Shown: positions 7,760-21,126, counted from the first letter of the whole stretch. The stretch is DNA of 63,082 bases, filler included, from Candidatus Woesearchaeota archaeon (GCA_003650545.1; 17 parts of 17 records of this genome joined end to end with filler, not necessarily neighbours in it); one strand, 5' to 3'. Notes: generated by a model from the letters alone, not told the origin. Program-made: numbers and translations.

Positions 7760-10700
7760 CCGAGGGGTACCATGACATATATATTCACATAGACAGAGCT
7801 GACAAAATAACCGAAGACAACGAAAACAACAATAAATTTTACAATACCGTCGCCGTTAGTTCGGCTCCCGACGCTATTAATGACCTCGCAGGCTCGGCGA
7901 CAAGCGCAATGGAGATAGATTTAAATTGGCATGCCACCGGGGATGACGGATATACGGGAGATTTGAATAATTCAACTTTTACTATTCAATATACTTCAGT
8001 CACTGCCTGGGCCCAGAGTGAAATCAATTGGAGCACAGATACAACCGGCGTTCCTTCTTATGTTTACACGGTTGACATAGCTACCACAGGAGTAGCGGCT
8101 CAAAGTCAGCGTTTTTATAGACAAGAGAATTTGTTGGCTAATACCACTTATTATTTTAGAATATGGACTCATGACGATTTTATTTCTTACAGCGCCCTTT
8201 CAAACGGAGCCACCGTTTCCACTCTGGCAGAGCCTGTAATTAGCACGCAGGTTTATAACGTCTTTTACACAAGTGTCACTCTTAATTGGGCGGCTTTGCC
8301 TCTTTCTCCGCCCTCTTCCACTTGCGAGGGATATAAAATTCAGGCTTCAACCGCGCCGGATTTTACGGGAATATTTTATTCTTCTTCAACCCTGGACGTA
8401 AAATTAAGCACCTTAACAATCAGGGGACTTACGGTAAGCACCACGTATTATTTCAGAGTAGGCAGCTTGAATTGGACAGAAGAACCTAATTATATTTTAT
8501 CCGGAAGCACCTGCACAATGTCGCCTGTGCCCGACACGCCGCCGATTGAGCCTTATGTCTCTAATGTGCACAAATCAAACATAACTGTAGATTGGACGGC
8601 AAACAACCCGGACAATGGCTATATTTTGCAAGCTTCGACGGCTTCCGATTTTACCGGAACCGTATCTTCTTCTCAAACCGCTGATGGTACAGCCACAAGT
8701 TTGACTGTTTCTGAACCAGCTTTGCACACCAACACTATTTATTACTTAAGAGCGGGTGCTATATGGGGCTCAACCACCTGGTATGCGCAGACCTTATCCA
8801 GTTCGACGTTAGCTGAATCTGTTGCTTCAGTTCAATTTGAGGAAGTTTTTATAACGAGTATTTCCGTTTCATGGCCAGTTTTGCCGCAAACGCCGTCTTC
8901 TTCAACTTGTGAGGGTTATCGTTTAGATGCTTCAACCTCTTCTGACTTTTACGGCACAATCTTCTCAAGTTCAACTCCCTCTGTGAATGTGGCCACTCTT
9001 ACCGTTACCGGGTTATCTCCTAATACCACTTATTATTTCAGGATAGGCACCCTTAACTGGAATTCAGTTGCTAATTATTTATTGGCGGGTTCCACGTCAA
9101 CTTTAGCTAACCTTCCCGGTCAAGAATCTCCGTGGCTTATCTCAAATTCAAGCTGTTCAATCACCGCTCAGTGGACGGCGGGGGACCCTGAAAATCCAGG
9201 CGGCACAAACTATATCCTTGAAGCATCTTCAACCAATTTTTCCGGCGGAACCATTCTTTCTTCAGCAACTTTCAATCTTCAGGCGGAGGTTTTGGGATTG
9301 ATGTCCAATACCACTTATTATTTGAGAACTATTGCAGTTAATTGGCAGGATATTAAGACTTACGGGCAGGTAATGGGTTCGACTTCCACTTTGACCAAAC
9401 TGGTCGAAGATGCTCAGTTCTATCGAGTTAATATTACCAGCGTGACAGTAAACTGGAAAGAATTTCTAACCAGTCCGTCTTCTTCAACTTGCTCGGGATA
9501 TATTGTTCAAGCTTCCACCGCAAGTGACTTTTCTGGTGAAATATTTTCTTCTTCCACGCTAAATGGCGTAACACCTTCAACTCTTACCGTTAAAAACCTT
9601 TATTCGGAAACCACATATTATTTCCGGGTCGGAGCGTATAACTGGAATTTTGTTCCAAACTATTTTGCGATGGGTTCCACCAAAACCAAAGTTGCTGTTC
9701 CGCCTCCTGATTTATCCATTAACAATTGGGATATAACTTTCAACCCGACGGAAGCCGATTTTGGCTGGAATGTGGATATTTCAGCCGATGTGCGAAATCT
9801 TAGCAATGACTTTATGGAGGAGTTGACGGAAAAGCAGGAAACCGGAGCCACCGGTTTTTTAATACAGTCAAATCAATATTTAGCTCAAGGATTTGTGGTT
9901 TCAGAAGACCTTAGTATTTTATCTGTGGAAATGTGGTGTTATGATTATGGAAGTACGGGAGATATGACAACCATTACTATAACGACAGGCACAACCGATA
10001 TTCCAAGCACAGGCGCAGAAATAATAGCCTCCACTAAAAACACGGTATCAACCGAGTATGAATGGGTTAAATTCAAATTCAATGGCCCTGTTCGTCTTCC
10101 GGTTCTTCCAGCTGGCGATGCTTATTGGATAATTGCCAAAAATTCGGAAAGCCCCAGTAATGGCTGGGTTTGGAAGGCCCAGGAAAACACTAATCCTTAT
10201 ACGCCAGCGTCCTCTGCCTTCAACGATGGCGAAGGAACATCATGGAACAATGGTGGGAACGACGATCAAATGTTCAGGGTTTATCAGAGCAGTAATATAG
10301 TGGTTTCATTTTACGATGGCGATCCAGACGATGGCGGAACCTTGATAGGCGTTTCAACCATAGCCGCTCTCAATACGAACCAGACGGAAACGGCGGTTTT
10401 AAGTTGGACGGCCACTTCTCCGGAAGCCAACCGGGATATTTACGCCTATATTGACAGGGCCAACGATATAGGGGAAAGCGATGAAACGAATAATAAAGCG
10501 TATAACACAATAGCGATAAGTTCAGCTCCCGATACTGTCAGTGATTTTTTTGCTTCGACTAACAGCACAACGGATATAGACCTTGAGTGGACTGTTACCG
10601 GAGACGACGGATACACCGGAGATTTAAATAACGCCGAATTCATAATTCAATACACATCCAGTTTACCCTGGGCCGAGGGTAATTCATGGGATCCAGAAAG

Positions 10701-11397
10701 CAAAAACGAATCTTATGTTTACCGGGTTAGTATAACAACGACTGGAGTAACGGCTCAAAGTCAGCGTTTTTATACTCAGACAGGACTTGGTATAAATACT
10801 ACTTATTATTTCAGGATGTGGATTAAAGACGATTTCGGCAGATACAGCGGGCTTTCAAATGGCGCTACCGTCTGCACTTTAGCCGCCATTCCCCAATCTC
10901 CAGCGGAACCTTTCGACGGAGTTTATTTTTCTTCAGTCGCCGTTTCATGGCTTGCCAACGGCAACCCGTCTTATACCGAATATCAATTGCAGGCTTCCAC
11001 CGCCTCTGATTTTACGGGAACTTTATATGGACCTTATGCGGGGCCGGACGGCTGGTTTACCGGAGTTTCAACTGATGCGATTTCATTATTAGGTTGCACA
11101 ACTTTTTACTTTCAAGTTCAGGCAAGAAATGAAGGAGGAATAGAAACGGGGTTTCAGTCACTTGGGAGTACCAAGACCCTTGTCTACTTTGACTGCGGCC
11201 TGAGAGTTTATGATGGAACGCAAATTGTAAACATTGCCTGTCAGCCAACTTATTGCACAGGTGATTCCATATCACCGTTGAGAATGCATAAGGATGGTGA
11301 AAACCTGGCCATAGGACTCGTGGACGTAGCCGACCCTAAAGCTTCCAAAATACGAATTCAAACCCCCGCAGGTATTAAGTCCTGTCGCCAACAATAA
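7760..11397 (+). CDS. Large surface protein with multiple fibronectin type III repeats and CARDB-like domains, 5'-truncated
   Basis: Repeated LxxNTTYYFRV and QASTASDFTG units; CARDB-like IDRANDIGESDETNN; frame open from the contig start. Confidence 0.85.
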
Positions 11398-11440
11398 TTA
11401 TAACCCCAATAACCCCGCAATAAGGGATGAAGGATAAGTT

Positions 11441-11529
11441 AGGAGTCAGGAGTCGAGAGTCAGGAGTCGAGAGTCAGGAGTCGAGAGTCAGGAGTCGAGA
11501 GTCAGGAGTCGAGAGTCAGGAGTCGAGAG
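11441..11529 (+). repeat. Tandem repeat of alternating heptamers AGGAGTC/GAGAGTC (14-nt unit, about 6 copies), running to the contig end
   Basis: Directly visible in the sequence. Confidence 0.95.
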
Positions 11530-11629
11530 NNNNNNNNNNNNNNNNNNNNNNNNNNNNNNNNNNNNNNNNNNNNTTAATTAATTAANNNNNNNNNNNNNNN
11601 NNNNNNNNNNNNNNNNNNNNNNNNNNNNN

Positions 11630-14600
11630 ACCGGCTCCGGGATAGATGTAAATTGCCCCTCCTTCTGCGCCTCCTCCGTCGCCGCCGTTTGTTCCGGGAT
11701 CGTCACCGTCACGTGCAGGAACAATACCCCAGTGGCTGTTCTGGAAAGTCAGCCCATTTATTATCGTACCGCTATCGGTATCAGGGCCGAGTTCAAGTAT
11801 CGGCCCCGGATATTCAGAGCCATCGAGAACCGTCGCTGCAACCCAGTTGGGGTCATCGGGATATTTGGACCTGATTGTAATTGACTTATTTAACATATAA
11901 CCAAAACTTTGACCATGTCCGGGTAAAATCCAGTTGCCGGTATCTACAACAACAACATCGCCATCCTGAGCGTAATAAATAGCCTCCTGAATAGTATGGT
12001 AATCACCATCGGGGCCGACTTCCAAAATGGCGGCCTGTTCGAATTCAACGCCTATATGTTTATCGGTCAAATTAACGACAACAGTGTTTGTTGTGGCGGT
12101 TGAAGAATCGTCGTCGGTACCGTGCCATGCCCTGACCCTCCATCCGGAACGCGGCATTGCTTTAAATGTAACTACCGTACCAGCGTAATAGCGTCCGCTG
12201 CCGTTGGGGGGCGTGATGATATCGACATAGCCATCACCACCATATACCTGGGCCGTTACCTCAAAATCAGCAAGAGTCTCGACATCGGGATAATGATAGC
12301 CGATATCCACGATAGTGCCGCCGTCGAGCACATTATCGATATCAGTTGTATAATCGCCCATATTGGTGGCGGGTGTAACCAAAATGGTGTCGGCAACAGC
12401 ACTTCCACCATCGATAGCGGGATTTTGGCCGGCATCCTGATTAAGGTAGTAATCGCCAAGGGTACCGCCTGTCACAAATAACTGCAGTTCATCCTCCTGT
12501 GTTCTGCCTATATTCAAGTCCACATCCGTTTCACTTACGCCATCAATCTGGGTGTCATTATAATCAACGGGTGAGCCTGAGTCGTCGAAACCATAGAAGG
12601 CACCGTGAGGATTATTGTTGAACAGACTATATGTTACATCCGTTCCGGTGTCTCTGCTTTCATATACGGCGTACTTATAGCATTTGTCGAATATACAGTC
12701 TTTTATGCTGGCCGAGGATTCCCAGTCGCAATATATTCCGCCGCCGAAGACATCGGCCCAGCTCTTGGTGAATGTGCTGTTGGTAATATCAGCATTAACA
12801 CTGGAATAAACAGCTATCGCACCGCCGTTACCTTTTGACAAATTGTCCGCGAACAGGCAATTAACAATCGATGGAGAGGTATTGCTTGACAAATAGACAG
12901 CACCGCCGGCGCCACCAGCGCTGGTAGCACTGTTTTCACAGAAGACATAATTTGTTATGCTGCCTGATACGGTTACGCAGTACAATCCTCCTCCGTCGCC
13001 ATTGACCGCAGTTGCGGTATTGTTTTTGACATCCCCTACATCCATATCCAAAGAGCCATCAACGAGGGACATTCCACCGCCGTGTTCTGCGGTGTTGTTC
13101 AATATATAACAATCGAAAATTTCAGCACCAAAATTCTTAAGATAAACAGCACCGCCGATAGCGGAACTATTGGTAACAAAGCTGCAGTTGTAAATTTGCT
13201 GATTTAATTCGGTATTATCATCCAGATATGAACTTACAGCGCCTCCATAGCCGGCCGTGGTGTTTGCGCTGAATGAACAGTAATCAAGCATTACATCACT
13301 CTTGCAGTTCAAGCCGCCGCCGCCTTCTCCTAAGTTACCGGAGCTGTCACAGTTATTTGCGCTGAACTCACACTCCACAAAGTTTACATCCACACAGTCA
13401 GGACCTACATACATTCCACCTCCGTTCAAAGTGGACGTATTGCGCATGAAAGAGCAATCAAAAACATCGACACCATCAACATCGGATACGACGTAAACAC
13501 CGCCGCCGAGGTTGTCGGTGAAATCACAGTTCCATATACGTACATCTTCGCTGTCGACTTCCACGTGGATACCGCCGCCCTGATAATAGGTTTCAAAGTC
13601 CTTGTATATACTTTCATAAAGGTCTATCGGTAAGTAACCCCAATATTCGTCGTATGCCTCATTGCCGTTGAAAGTACTGTCAACAACATAGGGTTCGCAC
13701 CACTCACCGTAGTATATTGCCCCGCCGGCACCTGTACCGAAACCAAATCCAATGGATCCATCAGTAGAGCGTGGAGTATTGGGGTCGCCACTTCCAATCT
13801 TACCTCCGAGACCACCGACACCTCCCGTAACAATATTATTAATAAACTGACAGTCGTTTATATCCGGGTTAGCATTCCTGTGGAAATATACAGCCGCACC
13901 ATAGCCGTAACCAATACCGAATCCCCCGTTTCCACCACTGCTTTCAACTCCGTTTCCGGGCCCTGGACTGCCACCGTCACCGCCCGAACCACCGATACCA
14001 CCGCTTGCCCTGTTGTCTTGAAAGGTGCAGCTTATAAGAGTCGGGCTGCACCCAGTATCACAATAAATAGCACCGCCGTAGCCATCGCCGTATCCGGACC
14101 CCCCGGCGCCGCCATTAATACCGTCACCGTCTGTATTTATACCGCCGTTAACTCCGTGTCCGCCGTATCCGCCTGTGACAGTGCAATTACGGAACACGCA
14201 GTTTTTAATAGTCGGACTGCTGTCATTGTCAATAAATACTGCACCGCCGAATCCGTCTCCAAAAGCATCCTGACCGTCGGGGTCAACCACTCCGTTCGGG
14301 TCAATAAAATTACCACCATAGGCGCCTGCAATAAAACCATTGGTTATTGTCAGGCCGTCAAGTACGGAATTTCCGTCCTCGCCGCTTGTGAAAATAAAAC
14401 CACGATGGTTGATTCTTTCTGTGCCGGCGCAGTTAATAACAGTCGCGGCCACCTTTGCCGGGTCATGCGGGTCCTCGCCTCTTATAGTGATTGCTTTGCC
14501 CTCGAAATCTATGTCGACATTATTCGGGCCCGCATATGTACCGGGTTTGATGATAATAGTATCTTTGTCATAAGCCGCTTTTATAGCCGGAACAATGGTC

Positions 14601-15397
14601 TGAAAATCACCTTGATCACCGACAATAATGCTCGTCGGAGCATGATAGAAAAATTCCACGGTAACCTTCGTATCGGCATACATAGTGACAGTGTTACGTG
14701 TACTTGTGGTTGAATCATTATCTGTACCTGTCCACTGGCTGACGAGGTAGTTCTCATCCGGAACCGCTCTTAAATTTACCTGCGTACCCGGATTGATTGC
14801 AGCCGTGTTGGGATCCCACATGTTCATATCGACGCCATAGACATTCCAATCTGCATAAAGACGTCCGTTTGTGCCGGAGCCGGAGTTGACCACCTCAATC
14901 TCAAGCTGATACTGCAGCACAGGAGCCACTCGATAATGATAACCCATATCAACGTTACCTGAATCGGCAACATGGTCAGTGCGTGTGGTTGGCTCAAAAC
15001 CTACAATCGAGGCAAGCGCCGAAGCTGAGCCAAAACCAGTATCTACACAGGGATTTGGCGGATTTGCCAATACCTGTCCAGCGGCAACCTGGCTAAGATA
15101 ATAAGTCTGCCCAAGTTGATTGGCCGATACAAACAACGGGTTGGCGTCAATAACGCTGCCTGGAAACGGCAGATAAAGCCATGGCCCTGTAAACGGGTCA
15201 AGTGCAGGGCCTATGAAAACATCATCTTCACCGCCTTGAATATCGCTGTAATAGAGCATTACCGTGGAGGTTGGATTATTTGTCTCATACGGGTCACCTA
15301 TTGCTATCTGAGGTCCATTTCCGGCGTAATTACCCCATAAAATACTGTTTAGTATCTCGACGAAAGCATCATAACAACTCACCCCACCACCACTTCC
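11630..15397 (-). CDS. Large right-handed parallel beta-helix repeat surface protein (Pmp-like GGAI/FxxN repeats, InlB-B-like repeats), truncated at both ends
   Basis: Many GGAIY/GGGMY and CxFxxN motifs; duplicated WxGTDxDSSTxTxNTV and TIQEAI/TIVPAI domains. Confidence 0.85.
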
Positions 15398-15497
15398 NNN
15401 NNNNNNNNNNNNNNNNNNNNNNNNNNNNNNNNNNNNNNNNNTTAATTAATTAANNNNNNNNNNNNNNNNNNNNNNNNNNNNNNNNNNNNNNNNNNNN

Positions 15498-17429
15498 AAT
15501 ATTAGAATCAGATACAACAAAATATGCAGATGTATCAGAAAGAACGCCATATGATATTCCATACAGATCATCTATATTGTCTCTAAATATAGAAACGCCT
15601 TTACCCCAATCTGTAGATATCTCATAATAATTCCTGCACTTAACATAAAGATAATGAACTGAGTCAGAATACAACCTAATACTAACAGTATCCCACAAAG
15701 CAGCAGTTTTATATAACTCACTCTCTATTGTATCACCATTATCATTTATATATCTATGAATAGTAGAATCATATATAGAATATTCGACTGGATACTGAGA
15801 AGAAATATTTAATCCTTCATTTATAGTAATCAAAGCAGAAGTATCTGTATTACCAATAAAATTAACATAAGCAGAAGAAGCTGCTAATGTCATAGTATCA
15901 GAAAGAATACCATAAACAGATGTTAATGAATCAGATCTTCTACTAAGAGCCTTGGCTCTAAACATATACTTAGTATTAGGAGATAAACCAGAAATAGTTA
16001 CAGTATCATAATCATATATAGTATAATAAATCGGACTTGCTAAAGAATCTCCATTTTTATTAATATAACAATGTCTAGAGCTATCCCTCACAACTACCTT
16101 TGTGCTATCTTTATTATTAAAAACACTATTTATAGTTATCTTCAAACTCGTAGAATCAACATATACAATAGAAACAGTATCAGGATAGTCTGGAATAGTA
16201 TATATTAAAGTTGTATCATCTGACATACTTCTTACAGAATCAGAGTTAGATACAAAACCTATAAACCAATATGCACTATCAGGAGACAATCCATCCACTA
16301 TAACACTATCCCACGCTGATCTAGTATCCCACGCTGTATCCCCTTGAGATAAAGTATCTCCACTGATATTAATAAATCTTGAGAAATTTAAAAAATAAAT
16401 AGCATAATCAACTGAAGTAGGATTATCATCTGACGGAAATCTTAATCCTATTTCCGAGCTACTAACTGTAGTATTATTAAGAACTGATGGCTTCTGAGCA
16501 AATGTTCTAAAAACAACTAATGGAGATGCAGTTGTATCTCCAGAAGGAAAAAATGATACCCATATAACTGTATCCATATAGTCTGGACTTAGCTCATATA
16601 AAGTATCATAAAAAGTTTGAGAAGCCTCAGTAGGAGATGTATTAACAGAAAAAATAAATGCATCAGATTTATAGCTATAGATCTTAACAGAATCAATGTC
16701 ATAAAAATTACTATCACTGGCTTCAAGCGCTACAGATGAATCAGAAAGAACAGTAGCAGAGACATTATAGGGAGCATAATGAGTAGGAGTATAATATATA
16801 TCAAGCCTAGGTCTTCTCTCAGGAACTGTATTATAGTTATCAGAATAAAAAACAGCTCCAGTAGCATTATTATTACCAGATTTTGCAACTATAACAAATC
16901 CATTATTGGTAGAATCTCCAGTATATATATCATTAGTAAGAGTAGTAACATCAAAGTATATCCATGAGTCATCATCATCAATATTAATATCAGTAATTGT
17001 ATCTCCCTTATCAGTATATACTCCATTAATACCACCAATACTATCCCAAACTATTGTTTTTTCATTTGCAAGCCGATATTTAGACCTATATATAAATATT
17101 GTATCAATTGTATCATTAACTCCAATATTGTATAAATATAAACTTAATTTAGCAGAATCTATAGTAGATCCGTATGGAATAGCTGATATACTATCCCATA
17201 GACTATAAATCCATAAAGTATCAGATGAAGATACTTTAAGAAACAAATCAGTAATCTGAGACCCACCAGAAGTATCATAATTAGTAGTGCTATTAGCAGA
17301 ACTTATATAAACTGATACTCCAGTTGAATCTGGTTGCCAGGATTTAGTAGCCTGAGAAAACAATAATTCGCTTTCACCAAGAACTAAAAATAAAAATAAT
17401 ACAATTGATACCTTATACATAGAATACAT
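15498..17429 (-). CDS. Secreted DNRLRE-like + Fn3-repeat protein in phage context, truncated
   Basis: Signal peptide; IPYGSTIDSAKLSLY...WIYFDVT...NNGFVI...FYS...RRPRLDIYY pattern; Fn3-like GLSPNTKYMFRAKA. Confidence 0.65.
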
Positions 17430-17432
17430 AGA

Positions 17433-17954
17433 CTATCTAACCATTTTAGAAACTTTCCTAATAATCAATTTAATAGCACTCTGAGTAGTATCATAGGTTC
17501 CTATTTGAATCTTAATAGCCTCCATACCAGAGGTAAGCGTATCAAGATCTACTATATGCCACAAGTTATCAACATACATAGAATCTATCAATGTATCATT
17601 AGCAGCTGAAAAACCCTCTCTATACATAGGACCTGAGGAAGTATCCAGTGTAACTTGAACAGCCATCCACAGCTTAGGATAAATACCAGATTGTCCAGTA
17701 TATAGCTTATGGACATTAAGAGTATCTCCTATATACGCTATAGATACAGCGTTAATACTATTATTTAGCATAAGCCAGGGGCTTCCATCATGAAGAACAG
17801 TCCATACCTGAAATGTATCTTTTTTAGTAGCATTCAGTATAACACTATCCTGATATACACCTTTTTGAACCTTGATGCCCTCTATAATTTGCTGGGAATA
17901 CACACATCCCACCATTACTAAAGTTAAAACTAAAGTTAACATTAACTTTTTCAT
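17433..17954 (-). CDS. Hypothetical protein with signal peptide
   Basis: MKKLMLTLVLTLVMVGCVYSQ signal; 173 aa. Confidence 0.6.
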   Translation of the reverse strand: MKKLMLTLVLTLVMVGCVYSQQIIEGIKVQKGVYQDSVILNATKKDTFQVWTVLHDGSPWLMLNNSINAVSIAYIGDTLNVHKLYTGQSGIYPKLWMAVQVTLDTSSGPMYREGFSAANDTLIDSMYVDNLWHIVDLDTLTSGMEAIKIQIGTYDTTQSAIKLIIRKVSKMVR

Positions 17955-18091
17955 AAGAAATTCCCTATGTTATTATTACTCAACACTCATACTACAGCAA
18001 TATACAACACTCCCAGTAGGAGAAAGTGTTATATATCATCGGAAAGATGTATATGACACATCCTAGCTTTCTAAGATGTAGATATATAATC

Positions 18092-18136
18092 AGAATAGGA
18101 GACTTCACCAGAAAAAATCCGTGAAGTCCCCATTCT
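18092..18136 (-). terminator. Putative intrinsic terminator hairpin
   Basis: GACTTCAC/GTGAAGTC stem with flanking AGAAT/ATTCT pairing, immediately after the stop of 18142-18741. Confidence 0.45.
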
Positions 18137-18141
18137 AAACT

Positions 18142-18741
18142 TTACTGCTTTCTAAAAATAAGCAGTTTATAATATGTCGTATCAAATCCACCTTGAGAAG
18201 CAGCTCCCCAGGTAGCATTGCTCTGATTAGTATCTGCTATCACAGTAAGACAATTCTCTCCAGCAGCAGTTGTTCCAGCCTTAATATACACAGGAGCAAA
18301 CAACTTATTCCCAGCTGTGTCTCCAACTGATTGAACTGTATACCAAGCAGCCTTGTATACAAATGTAGACTCAGGCTGAACTATAAATAAATCGTTATAA
18401 ACATCAATAAAAGATGGCAAATCAGTTCCTACAACAAGAGTATCAGTTGAAGCAGCACTATCAAATGAAAATCTATAGAATGTGCTCTTCAAAGTCCTGC
18501 CCAGTTCAAGCCCAGCATTAGTATATAAGTTATATTGTGAACTAGTTTTCAAAGTATCTTTACTGGAAAAAATAACTTCAGGTGTATTCTTTATCCACAA
18601 TCCATTCCAAAAAATAGAAAGCTTATTTTCAAGCTGAGTAACAACCATATTAGACCTATAAGCCATCGCTCCTATAATTATATAGCTAGCCAGAAAAACT
18701 ACTGCAATAATAGACAGCAGTAACCTATACTTAATATTCAT
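18142..18741 (-). CDS. Hypothetical phage protein with N-terminal hydrophobic helix, directly downstream of the capsid gene
   Basis: AAGGAG RBS; TM/signal LLLSIIAVVFLASYIIIGA. Confidence 0.6.
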   Translation of the reverse strand: MNIKYRLLLSIIAVVFLASYIIIGAMAYRSNMVVTQLENKLSIFWNGLWIKNTPEVIFSSKDTLKTSSQYNLYTNAGLELGRTLKSTFYRFSFDSAASTDTLVVGTDLPSFIDVYNDLFIVQPESTFVYKAAWYTVQSVGDTAGNKLFAPVYIKAGTTAAGENCLTVIADTNQSNATWGAASQGGFDTTYYKLLIFRKQ

Positions 18742-18766
18742 CTTTACTCCTTAAAAGATTAAATTT

Positions 18767-19241
18767 TTACTGTCCAGCCGATCTAACTATATATCTATAG
18801 TCTGTGCTTCCTACTCCAACATACACAGATACTTTAAACCTAGCCACAACATCTCTCTCAAATGCAGCTCCTGAGTCCTTGCCCTGAGATTCAGTAGTAG
18901 GCTTCTGAACCCACTGAACTCTAACTTGTTTCTTAGGAGCTCCTATAAACCACTCAGGACTTGTAATATAAGGAGAAACAACAAGCTTAAATTGTCCTTT
19001 ATATGGATTAACTGCATTATTAGTTGTATCATACATCTGAGCACTATTAAGAAGCATAACAGCCTGCATCTCAAGTTCAGGTGGAATTATCAAATGAGTA
19101 GGAAGAATATTAATATACTCTCCTTTAGAATCAACCATCTTTCTTAAAAGAGCAATAGCACTACCAATAGCTGTAGTTCCAAATGCACTATCAGCTCCAG
19201 AAAGCAGATTATCATTTGTTTGAGCATCTATTGTAGAGTGA
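18767..19241 (-). CDS. Phage major capsid protein C-terminus (Mu gpT-like, HK97 fold), 5'-truncated
   Basis: Frame open from the contig edge: HSTIDAQTNDNLL...LRKMVDSKGEYINILPTHLIIPPELE...NPYKG...VVSPYIT..WFIG...DYRYIVRS. Confidence 0.8.
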
Positions 19242-19501
19242 NNNNNNNNNNNNNNNNNNNNNNNNNNNNNNNNNNNNNNNNNNNNTTAATTAATTAANNN
19301 NNNNNNNNNNNNNNNNNNNNNNNNNNNNNNNNNNNNNNNNNAAGAGGTAGTGATGATGAGTTATAGGCATGGTAATTTTCATTACCTATAACTGAATTCG
19401 AAAAAGCTGTACATGATGATGGGTGCGAACACTGATATATATATACTAATATCTTATAACCTTGTAGCAGTAAACATGGCACGGCGTGACATAGGGATGT
19501 T

Positions 19502-20674
19502 ATGATGAATACTATGCGGATGACAGTATTGGTACTGATGTTGATAACGTTATTGTTAATCATGCTTCCTGCAAGTGGTGTTCAACAACCTAGTCTTAGC
19601 TACCTATACAAGCTAGGAGATAATGGAGTAGCTAGTGTGACAATAATAGTATCAAGGCTTACGGGGATTATAGAATACTCTATACATGTATACGAGGAAG
19701 TTATAAATGAAAGCCTTGTAGCATTTGATGAGCAGGGTAACATAGTACTAGCAACATACAATGGTACACATATCACGATTTATCCTATGAATACTACGGA
19801 TAAGGTAATAATACAATATGAAGCAATAGCAGGTCATGTAACCGTTGAAGGACTAATACAAGTAAACCTAACAGTACATGGTACAACAACAATAATTTTG
19901 CCTGAAGGAGCTGGATTAATATACTTTAGTGGTAACCCCGAAGTAGAGATCATCGGAGAAACAATAAAACTAAGATACAGTGAACCAGGAATAATACAGT
20001 TAGAATACATACCACCTATACCAATTACTACACCACCGCCTTCACCAACTACCTCACCTACAACTACTCCTACACCAACACAAACATTAACAACAGAAAC
20101 CACTCCAACATCTACACCAAGTCCGACAACCTCACCTAGCCCAGTACCCACTACTTCAAGCCCTTCACTAACTACTACACCAAGTCCAAGCCCTATAACA
20201 ACTCCTACGACTAGCCCATCACCTACAACTACCCCTTCACCAACTACTCCAACAGCCACATCAACTACAACGGTACAGCCAGCACCAACATTTCCAACAA
20301 TAGTAATAGTGTTCATTGTAATAATAATAGTGCTACTCATAGGAGGAATAATCTTATACAAAACAAAATTCTCAAAAACATATTTTTCAACTCCAAGCTT
20401 TAAGCCCCTTCCACCATCTACTTCCGGTAAGGAAGTAGAATTTCTAGAACACGGAAAACTAGATGAAAGAGATAAGCTCATATTATCAAAACTATCCAAG
20501 AAATCTATGAGTATCTCCGAATTAGCAAGAGAGCTAGGATTAAGTAAATCAACCGTATGGAGAAGAGTAAGAAAATTAGAAAAACAAGGATACGTTAAGA
20601 CCCGAGAAGAAGGGAAAAAGACTATAATAGAGTTAACAGAGAAAGCAAGAATGATATTGGATAGAGGTGTGTGA
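19502..20674 (+). CDS. Membrane-anchored winged-HTH regulator: secreted domain, Thr/Pro/Ser linker, TM helix, cytoplasmic HTH
   Basis: Signal peptide; long TPS-rich linker; TM IVIVFIVIIIVLLIGGIILY; HTH SISELARELGLSKSTVWRRVRKLEKQG. Confidence 0.85.
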   Translation: MMNTMRMTVLVLMLITLLLIMLPASGVQQPSLSYLYKLGDNGVASVTIIVSRLTGIIEYSIHVYEEVINESLVAFDEQGNIVLATYNGTHITIYPMNTTDKVIIQYEAIAGHVTVEGLIQVNLTVHGTTTIILPEGAGLIYFSGNPEVEIIGETIKLRYSEPGIIQLEYIPPIPITTPPPSPTTSPTTTPTPTQTLTTETTPTSTPSPTTSPSPVPTTSSPSLTTTPSPSPITTPTTSPSPTTTPSPTTPTATSTTTVQPAPTFPTIVIVFIVIIIVLLIGGIILYKTKFSKTYFSTPSFKPLPPSTSGKEVEFLEHGKLDERDKLILSKLSKKSMSISELARELGLSKSTVWRRVRKLEKQGYVKTREEGKKTIIELTEKARMILDRGV

Positions 20675-20691
20675 TTAACCAGGGATTCTTA

Positions 20692-21126
20692 TCATCCTAC
20701 ATTTCCAACTAGTTCTCGTGGATCAAGTACCTTGAGCCCCTTTATTCTGCGATAAGCCTTATCAACTGATATTATTGTTTTGTCATAAAGTAGAGCTGAA
20801 GCGGCATGAAGAGAATCAAAGTATGATAAACCATACCTATTTCTAAGTCTAGATGCCTCTATGAGGATGCTTGATGTTAATGGTACTTCGTCAAGATTCT
20901 TCATCAATCTAAACGCCTCTATATCCTTACGTATAACTTCTTCGTTATAACCTTTTGACCTAAGTATAAGCTCATACTCCATGTAGGCGGAAGTGGGTAC
21001 AGCTACATTCACTAATTCGCCATTTACTATTCTAGTGAAGATCATTGAAGCTATCCTATGTAGTTTGTCTATTATGTTTACATAAGCTATAAGCATATCA
21101 AACTCTATTATGGGCATGGATCTCAT
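20692..21126 (-). CDS. vapC: PIN-domain toxin (VapC)
   Basis: PIN pattern with YGLSYFDSLHAASA...IISVDKAY; overlaps the antitoxin gene. Confidence 0.88.
   Translation of the reverse strand: MRSMPIIEFDMLIAYVNIIDKLHRIASMIFTRIVNGELVNVAVPTSAYMEYELILRSKGYNEEVIRKDIEAFRLMKNLDEVPLTSSILIEASRLRNRYGLSYFDSLHAASALLYDKTIISVDKAYRRIKGLKVLDPRELVGNVG

Noticed and set aside
11441..11529. Possible CRISPR array
   Set aside because: Head-to-tail 14-nt units with no unique spacers
13880..14713. 277-aa plus-strand ORF and other short ORFs overlapping long genes
   Set aside because: Shadow frames of long, motif-supported genes on the opposite strand
19834..20499. 221-aa Val/Gly-rich minus-strand ORF
   Set aside because: Antisense shadow of the Thr/Pro/Ser linker of the HTH regulator
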